Shown: positions 58,072 through 64,000 of the stretch, one piece after another | How positions within the stretch are numbered: the stretch's first letter is position 1 | Layout of the letters: the number at the start of each line of letters is the position of its first letter | DNA from: Negativicutes bacterium | GTDB lineage: Bacteria; Bacillota; Negativicutes; UBA1444 | Length of the DNA stretch: 64,000 bases | Direction: 5' to 3' | Assembly (NCBI GenBank): GCA_963665275.2 | Contig: CAXXIN010000003.1 | Span: 176,508 to 240,507 of the forward strand | The notes under the pieces: model-generated | What the model was told of the DNA's origin: nothing | Seen by the model: the letters and a program-made list of their open reading frames with translations, nothing else | Databases searched by the model: none | Program-made: the position numbers and the translations under genes

Positions 58072-61000
58072 TTAGTGAATAGCATTAATTTTCGTCCTTA
58101 CTTCTGCAATTGACAATTTGTCACTCTTGCCGATGTAATAACGTCTTTCCAGAGATTCTTGAAAACGCAGCAAATATTTCACATGGGGAATGGTGTCGCT
58201 TTTTTCTACAATAAAATCCTCAATCGCCTTTTTAACAACAAGGTAATTTTCTTCATTTGCAAATGCAATTTGAGTTAGAATCTGTAATACAATCGAATTA
58301 AGCCTTTCGTATTTATCCTGAACAAAATCGGGATTATAGCTCAGCGCAAGCAGTTTCATGACTTGGCATAACGCTTCACGCTGGTTGATTGATTTAAAGG
58401 TCCAATCAAAAGTCAGGTTATAAGGCATCCGCTTGTTCTTATACATCCAGTCAACATAGTAAGTCAGCCCTTCTAAATCCTGCATCTTAATCAGGTAATC
58501 CGCCGCATTTAATTTAATTTCTTCATTATTTCCAATTAATAATTCTTTCAAGTGTACTTTAACCTTCTCCAATTGATACCCTCGATTGATAAGTTCATCA
58601 ATAACCTTCCACTTATAAGTCGGTGACAATGACTTCAACATTTGCACTAAGGGTTCCAAAGAGCCAGACAGGCTACAAAATGCTTGCAACGCCGTCTCAC
58701 GAAGCCGATCACTTGTTTCTTCATCCGCAATCAAACCCAATGCAATTTCAACTACCGTGTTAATGCCATGTCGCATACAAAAATCAATATGGTTTTCCAT
58801 TACTCGAGAATTTAGAATGCCATCACCCAAATTTTTCAACACTCTATCCGTCATCTCACTTAAGGGCAACAGTTTTTCCAAATAGTTGATTCCTGCAAAA
58901 CCATTCCGATCCAACCAGTCAAAAGAAATTAAATCAAGAAGAACGTCGTAAGGATAAACCAAATCAAATTTTCTCAAATAGAACCAAAGATATATTGCAT
59001 CTTTGTTGACAACCGAATAACCGCCATCTTCATTCTCAATAAATGCATTTTGGACATCCACTTTCGAACAATTTTCAAGGCACCACCGACTGATAAGTTG
59101 CTTTTCATTTTCATCAACAGTAAATTTCTCATTTGATAGGTATTCATATATCTGTGAGCGGGACCAGCTATCCCATATGGTACTTAAAGTTTTTTGAGCA
59201 TTTTCATAAGTACAGGGGGTCAATCTATTCAAAAGTCGGTATGCTTGATACGAATATTCGGGGTTATCCCAGCGATAATTCTTTAGGAAATGCAACTCAT
59301 CACTTTGAAATTCAGATTTTCCTTCAACATCAAACACCTGCTTAATCTTTGCCAAAAAACAATCCATATCAAAAAGCAATTTAAAGTCTTGTCGCGCCTG
59401 TTCCTTCCGCAAAGAATCATAGTCGACTTCCTTAGGCAATTCAAATCTTTTGCATACTTTATTTGCTTCATCAGCTAATATCCCGGCCAAAGATTTATCA
59501 TATCTCCTAACGGAAATAATCAAACGCTCAACATCAGAATTTGTTATTTCCCGTTCCTCATACTGCCGAACAAAAACAGGTACTATAGAGCCATCCAAAA
59601 GAAGCGCCAATGCTTCGTATTTGTAGTATCCTTCAATTTCCGATTTTAAAATCTGTATAAATGCATCTTGCGTCCGACCTATTTTGTGAAAGTATTTTGA
59701 AAAGGCATATTTATAAGCATCTTCATGGGCCTTCACTAAGACAATAAAAAAGCCAGTAGCAATTTTGTCCAATGAGTTACTTTCCCTTGACGCATCAACT
59801 GCATTCGAAACAAATTGCGCAAATTTTTCCCCAAAGAAAACTTTTTCTAGATCCGCCGGATTAATAGTGAAATACGCTAGTACTTTTTCTATCCCAATAG
59901 CTTTCTTATTTTTCAGTAACCCTTGAGACAATGAAAAAGATTCATTTCCCAATCTGTTCTCTTCACGATCACGGATATATTTGATTCCGTCTAAATATAC
60001 ATCAGTGAAATTATCAATATAAGTACTATCACCCAATAGCTCGTAAAGACCATATCTCACCCAATCACTCGATGAAGCCCCATAGTGATTTACAACCATG
60101 TTTAAATTCTCTTCCGTATCCAACTTCCACTCTCTAAGTATCATTAACGCCCTGTTTATCGATACTTGAGTTGGCAGTTTTTCAGTCCGAAGCATTTCCA
60201 GAACTACTTTGCCAACTTGCTTTTCACAACTAGAAACACGCATCCAGCTTAACAGCAGCAATGCATTCTCAGTAGCGCTTGGAAAGCCACCGACTTCAAT
60301 CTCGTGAACCAAGACCGAAATAATATCTTCAATCTGACAAAATCGTGAAAAATCGGCCAAATTATATTTTTCTGTATCAAGGGGTATTTGATTAAACTTA
60401 TAGTAATTGAAAATTAGTAGAAAAATTTCCGTTCTTTTACTATGAGATAATTTATCTGGTTCGAATTTAATAGCAAGCTCTGGCTCAATAGCCAATATCC
60501 ACTCCATCAAACCCTTACCTTGTTCCAAATCAATCATAAAAGCAAGCGTATTTGCCCATGACGGTTTGGTTTTTACATAATCAGGACCAAAAGCCAGAAA
60601 ATCCTTTATTTTATCAAGAGGCTGGCTACTCAATGCCCGTGCAGCTAGATATTCTTGGAAATTATTATGCTCAAATCCCCATGCAGTATTGGGCTTTACT
60701 CCTTTTTTGAAAATGGAGCAACACTTGGCGAAAATTAGATTTTGCTCTTCAGGTACTATTACAGCTAATTCCTCGTCAGAAATATAGTTCCGTTCAAGCA
60801 GCTCCATGCTAAGCGCGATTTGTTCAAGAGTTCTCCATATTTGCGGTTTTTTCGCTTCAAAATCCAAAGTATTTTTGAAATGCTCTTGGTCCATATTCAT
60901 AAGTTCGTTTATGAACTGCTCAAATAAACAAGCCCGCGTGGCGGGTAGTTTATCATGTAATAAAAATAGTTTTGCCATATACGTTAAGTAGAATGGACTG

Positions 61001-62640
61001 ATTAGCAAACTATTCAAGTGATATTGTGCACTCTCACGCCAAAAGTCGACATGTTTCTGAGGAAGCACACTCTTAATATATTCGTCAATTTGATTTGAAT
61101 CCAAACCTAAAATTTTATAGGTTTCAAAATCCTTTAATGTTCCAGAACTCTCCTTCATCTTAGATCTGTAGAAGTTACTTCGGCAAGAAATTACGACACG
61201 CACATCAGGATTACTATTACTAAAAGTCTCGATACGCCGAATAGCGTCATTCTTGTTTTTGCTTTCAATTTCATCAAACCCGTCAAGAACAACAAGCAGC
61301 TTATTGGGTGCAATAGAGTGCCATCCATGAGGCAACAACTCTTCAATTTTATCATTGACATATACATTCAAATTATAGAAAAAAACATATGACGGGTCTG
61401 CCCCTTGAGAACAGCACCATGCAAGATGTCGAAGTTCCGTAGATTTGCCACTTCCAGCATCGCCCAATAGCACCACTCGTTTGTGACTCATCACAACGTC
61501 TGCAAGTTCAAAACGATTGCTTTCTAAAAGAAATGGCGATTCCGCCAAATCTGAAAGCGCTATTTTTCGTTTGATATAAGATTTTACTTCGGGATAAATT
61601 TTCGCAACAGTTTCAACTTCTGTAGTGTTGGGATTTCTAAAATGTGTAGCGACAGGCTTTTCATGAATTCCGCCTATTCGGTCCAGTTTAAATACGTATT
61701 CCATATTCGCTGTTTTCGGGCCTTTTACACTATAGTCAATATACCACTCAAATTTTTTATCATCCCATGTATGGAAATCCACTTTTCCCTCGCCAGTATT
61801 GATATCTATTTGCCCCGCAATAAAACACGTCTTTGAAAAACCATCTACAATATTGGAACCACACACAAACGAATGCAGCGCGCGCTTACTCCCAAAGCTT
61901 TCAAAATATCGGGGTTCATGTTCATGGCCACACAGATATATGTCAACATTAGAATGTCGAAAATCATCAAGAATTTTTTCTTTCTCAGATGATACGAAAC
62001 AGTCAAGAGAATGGTGCCCTATCGCAATGTTAACCTTCTTATCATCATGTTTAGAAATACTATTTAAGATTTCGTAGAGACGGCGACAACCAATTAACAA
62101 GTTTCCCTCTTCATCATCTTGTCCTGACAAAAAGCAAGTGTTAAGATGTATAATTCTATAATTTGCGCCTTCTTCAACAAAATGCAATTCATTTATGCGA
62201 GATGGTCTGTTCAAAAGATCCGTCGCAAAATCACTAAAATCGTTAAAATCTTCTTGCAATGATTTAAGAATTCCAGCGTTACCGTAATATATTTCATCAG
62301 CTTTAGTCGATAGCTCATCAATTTTCTCGCTAAAAAAACCTTTAAGAATTATGTTTCGCAAATCTGACCTATGCAGGTCGTGGTTACCAGGCACAATAAA
62401 TATCTGATGTTTCTCAATTTGTAATACATCGGCTATTTTCCAAATAAACGCTTTTGTATCTGGATCATAGCCTTTATTGCGGTTTGCAACATCGCCTGTA
62501 ATAATTAAAAAATTGTATTCGGTTGATTGCCGAAGCTGTTTCAAATACTCAACAAGTCTATCTCGAACTTTTACAGTGTTGTAGTTGACAAGTTGATAGT
62601 GAATATCCGACAATTGAATCCATCGAATTATATTGGACAT
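58072..62640 (-). CDS. Calcineurin-like metallophosphoesterase-NACHT (STAND) NTPase with long helical C-terminus; probable anti-phage NLR-like protein
   Basis: LSDIH, TGDVAN, PGNHD, GHH, CGHEH; Walker A GDAGSGKS, Walker B VVLDGFDE, ISCR sensor, FEHNNFQEYLAA; visibly AT-rich. Confidence 0.88.
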   Translation of the reverse strand: MSNIIRWIQLSDIHYQLVNYNTVKVRDRLVEYLKQLRQSTEYNFLIITGDVANRNKGYDPDTKAFIWKIADVLQIEKHQIFIVPGNHDLHRSDLRNIILKGFFSEKIDELSTKADEIYYGNAGILKSLQEDFNDFSDFATDLLNRPSRINELHFVEEGANYRIIHLNTCFLSGQDDEEGNLLIGCRRLYEILNSISKHDDKKVNIAIGHHSLDCFVSSEKEKILDDFRHSNVDIYLCGHEHEPRYFESFGSKRALHSFVCGSNIVDGFSKTCFIAGQIDINTGEGKVDFHTWDDKKFEWYIDYSVKGPKTANMEYVFKLDRIGGIHEKPVATHFRNPNTTEVETVAKIYPEVKSYIKRKIALSDLAESPFLLESNRFELADVVMSHKRVVLLGDAGSGKSTELRHLAWCCSQGADPSYVFFYNLNVYVNDKIEELLPHGWHSIAPNKLLVVLDGFDEIESKNKNDAIRRIETFSNSNPDVRVVISCRSNFYRSKMKESSGTLKDFETYKILGLDSNQIDEYIKSVLPQKHVDFWRESAQYHLNSLLISPFYLTYMAKLFLLHDKLPATRACLFEQFINELMNMDQEHFKNTLDFEAKKPQIWRTLEQIALSMELLERNYISDEELAVIVPEEQNLIFAKCCSIFKKGVKPNTAWGFEHNNFQEYLAARALSSQPLDKIKDFLAFGPDYVKTKPSWANTLAFMIDLEQGKGLMEWILAIEPELAIKFEPDKLSHSKRTEIFLLIFNYYKFNQIPLDTEKYNLADFSRFCQIEDIISVLVHEIEVGGFPSATENALLLLSWMRVSSCEKQVGKVVLEMLRTEKLPTQVSINRALMILREWKLDTEENLNMVVNHYGASSSDWVRYGLYELLGDSTYIDNFTDVYLDGIKYIRDREENRLGNESFSLSQGLLKNKKAIGIEKVLAYFTINPADLEKVFFGEKFAQFVSNAVDASRESNSLDKIATGFFIVLVKAHEDAYKYAFSKYFHKIGRTQDAFIQILKSEIEGYYKYEALALLLDGSIVPVFVRQYEEREITNSDVERLIISVRRYDKSLAGILADEANKVCKRFELPKEVDYDSLRKEQARQDFKLLFDMDCFLAKIKQVFDVEGKSEFQSDELHFLKNYRWDNPEYSYQAYRLLNRLTPCTYENAQKTLSTIWDSWSRSQIYEYLSNEKFTVDENEKQLISRWCLENCSKVDVQNAFIENEDGGYSVVNKDAIYLWFYLRKFDLVYPYDVLLDLISFDWLDRNGFAGINYLEKLLPLSEMTDRVLKNLGDGILNSRVMENHIDFCMRHGINTVVEIALGLIADEETSDRLRETALQAFCSLSGSLEPLVQMLKSLSPTYKWKVIDELINRGYQLEKVKVHLKELLIGNNEEIKLNAADYLIKMQDLEGLTYYVDWMYKNKRMPYNLTFDWTFKSINQREALCQVMKLLALSYNPDFVQDKYERLNSIVLQILTQIAFANEENYLVVKKAIEDFIVEKSDTIPHVKYLLRFQESLERRYYIGKSDKLSIAEVRTKINAIH

Positions 62641-62974
62641 TATTGCACCTCAATAAAAAATCTGTTTTTTCGACTATCAGTTAACCCTTTTAAACAGCAG
62701 GTCAAACTAAATATCTGCTCGGCCGCTAAACGACGCAGCTCTCATTTTTTATCTTCTCCCTCTTCTTATCATTCACCTGCGCACATTCAAATTCTCCTAT
62801 GAAATAATTGGCAATTCATTCTTTAAACAAAAAATCTCCCTGCAGTTGCCTAAGCGAACGAAAAAACGCGTCAATTCCAACGCGTAGCAGCATTTTCAAG
62901 AACGTACGAATATTTCTCAACCACTGAATAGCTGATACTACGTCCGCTCGTTTCTTCCTTCGAATAATCTCTTG

Positions 62975-63106
62975 AGTTACCGTAGTTACCGAAGTGATCA
63001 AAAATCCGGTTGATTCTACAGCCGGATATTTTTTTTGCTATTGTGCATTATGGAGATTGTCGGTAACTTGGGTAACTTGAGTAACTCGGTAACTATCCAG
63101 TGGATA
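62975..63106. other. Putative replication origin: two AGTTACCG and four (C/G)(G/A)GTAACT iterons in opposite orientation around an AT-rich spacer
   Basis: AGTTACCG at 62975, 62984; CGGTAACT 63061, GGGTAACT 63070, GAGTAACT 63079, CGGTAACT 63087; directly downstream of the primase. Confidence 0.7.
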
Positions 63107-63138
63107 AAAAAATCCTCCTGCGCCGCCACAGAAGGAAT
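63105..63138 (-). terminator. Intrinsic terminator of the primase gene
   Basis: Minus strand TCCTTCTGTG-GCGG-CGCAGGAGGA-TTTTTTT. Confidence 0.85.
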
Positions 63139-63153
63139 CAATTCATCGATTTT

Positions 63154-64000
63154 TTAATGAATAAGCAACGGTTCGTCCAGCGCCAGCTCTTCCCAGCACA
63201 TCACATTCCCCGTACCTCGCTTGGTCTGTAATCCATGCTCACGCATCAGGGCAGTGAAGGTGCGCTTGGAAAAAGGCTTCTCGGCGTTTTTCGCGCACCA
63301 GGCTTCATAATCGTGGTAGGAATCAGCCACTGATGCCGCCCCCAGTGGATTCATCACACAGCGTTCTTTGATATAGTCGCCAATGATGTCCATTTCATCG
63401 CGGTATTCATCGGTCGCTGCCGTTACGGCGGATGGTGCGTTGAGTCCTTCTTTCTGCCAGATAGCACAGCCCTCAACCGCCCAGCGCAGGATTCCCGGCA
63501 ACTCTTGCCTAAGTTTCTCCGGCAGCGTCGAGTCCCTCTCTTCCGGCGGAATCGTTACCACGAAGGGGATCAGGCGTAGCCGCCGCCAAATCGCTTCGTC
63601 ACAACCCCGGACCGACGGCTTATGGTTGGTCGCCAGCCAAAGTTTGAACTGCGGCGCGAACTCAACCACTCGCACCGCATGAACCTCGCCGCGATTTTGT
63701 CCTGCCCCGTCATCTGTTTGATCTTGCTTTCATTCAGACGCCGCCCCTGATCCGCTTCCACAGCGGAAACGAACCGTGCGCCGCGCAACGCGGCCAGATC
63801 ATTGGGAATCGTATTGTCCTGTCGGGCCAAGAGCGCCTCCATCGGCATCTGCCGCGCGTAATCGTTCAGCAGTGTCATAAGAGTGGTGAGAAAAGTGCTT
63901 TTGCCGTTGGCGCCATGTCCGTGCAGCAAAAATAGGCATTGCTCGCCGCATTCGCCGGTCAGCGAATACCCGACCGCCTTTTGCACATAGTGGATCAGCT
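63154..64000 (-). pseudogene. P4-family/D5-like primase-helicase C-terminal half, -1 frameshift near 63664; 5' part outside the window
   Basis: GYSLTG, GHGANGKST Walker A, DLAALRGARFV, IKQMTGQDKIAARF in one frame; EFAPQFKLWLATNHKP, AIWRRLRLIPF in the other. One added T restores EWFEF. Confidence 0.88.

Noticed and set aside
53342-63210. Three copies of a roughly 35-49-nt hairpin sequence as a CRISPR array or integron attC sites
   Set aside because: Copies are kilobases apart, form a GC stem plus U-tract typical of a terminator, lack attC R-box ends, and no cas or integron integrase gene is in the window

Overview
Bacterial chromosomal window with almost all genes on the minus strand. The gene content is Firmicute-like, yet it includes an autotransporter and an RND pump, which suggests a diderm Negativicute (Sporomusaceae-like; inference). 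There are five blocks. (1) 1-14.8 kb: a peptide-type ABC importer, a frameshifted UroD-family gene, an MFS transporter and a FadR-regulated 2-oxoacid dehydrogenase operon (lipB-lipA-E2-PPC/DUF296-E1a-E1b-E3). (2) 15-18.5 kb: MarR-MFS, two small ORFs and a PatB/MalY lyase. (3) 18.7-36.4 kb: a 16-gene, tightly coupled N-heterocycle catabolic cluster that matches no pathway I can name. It has a BMP-type ABC importer, two cog0402 amidohydrolases, a RibD-C/DHFR-fold reductase, a DHODH/PreA-like flavoprotein lacking the catalytic Cys loop, a dihydropyrimidinase, UbiD+UbiX, an Fe-S flavoprotein and a 3-subunit Mo-hydroxylase. (4) 36.8-51.6 kb: a TRAP/kinase/Zn-dehydrogenase/class I aldolase/glycerate dehydrogenase cluster, then TetR-MFP-RND-lipase. 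(5) 51.7-64 kb: a mobile-element region with an IS256 remnant and a P4/D5-type primase-helicase (frameshifted) followed by an iteron origin. Its cargo is a calcineurin-like phosphoesterase-NACHT protein, an Xre-ImmA/PIN pair and a repeat-rich autotransporter, bracketed by duplicated copies of the primase 3' end/terminator/iterons. No rRNA, tRNA or CRISPR array was seen.
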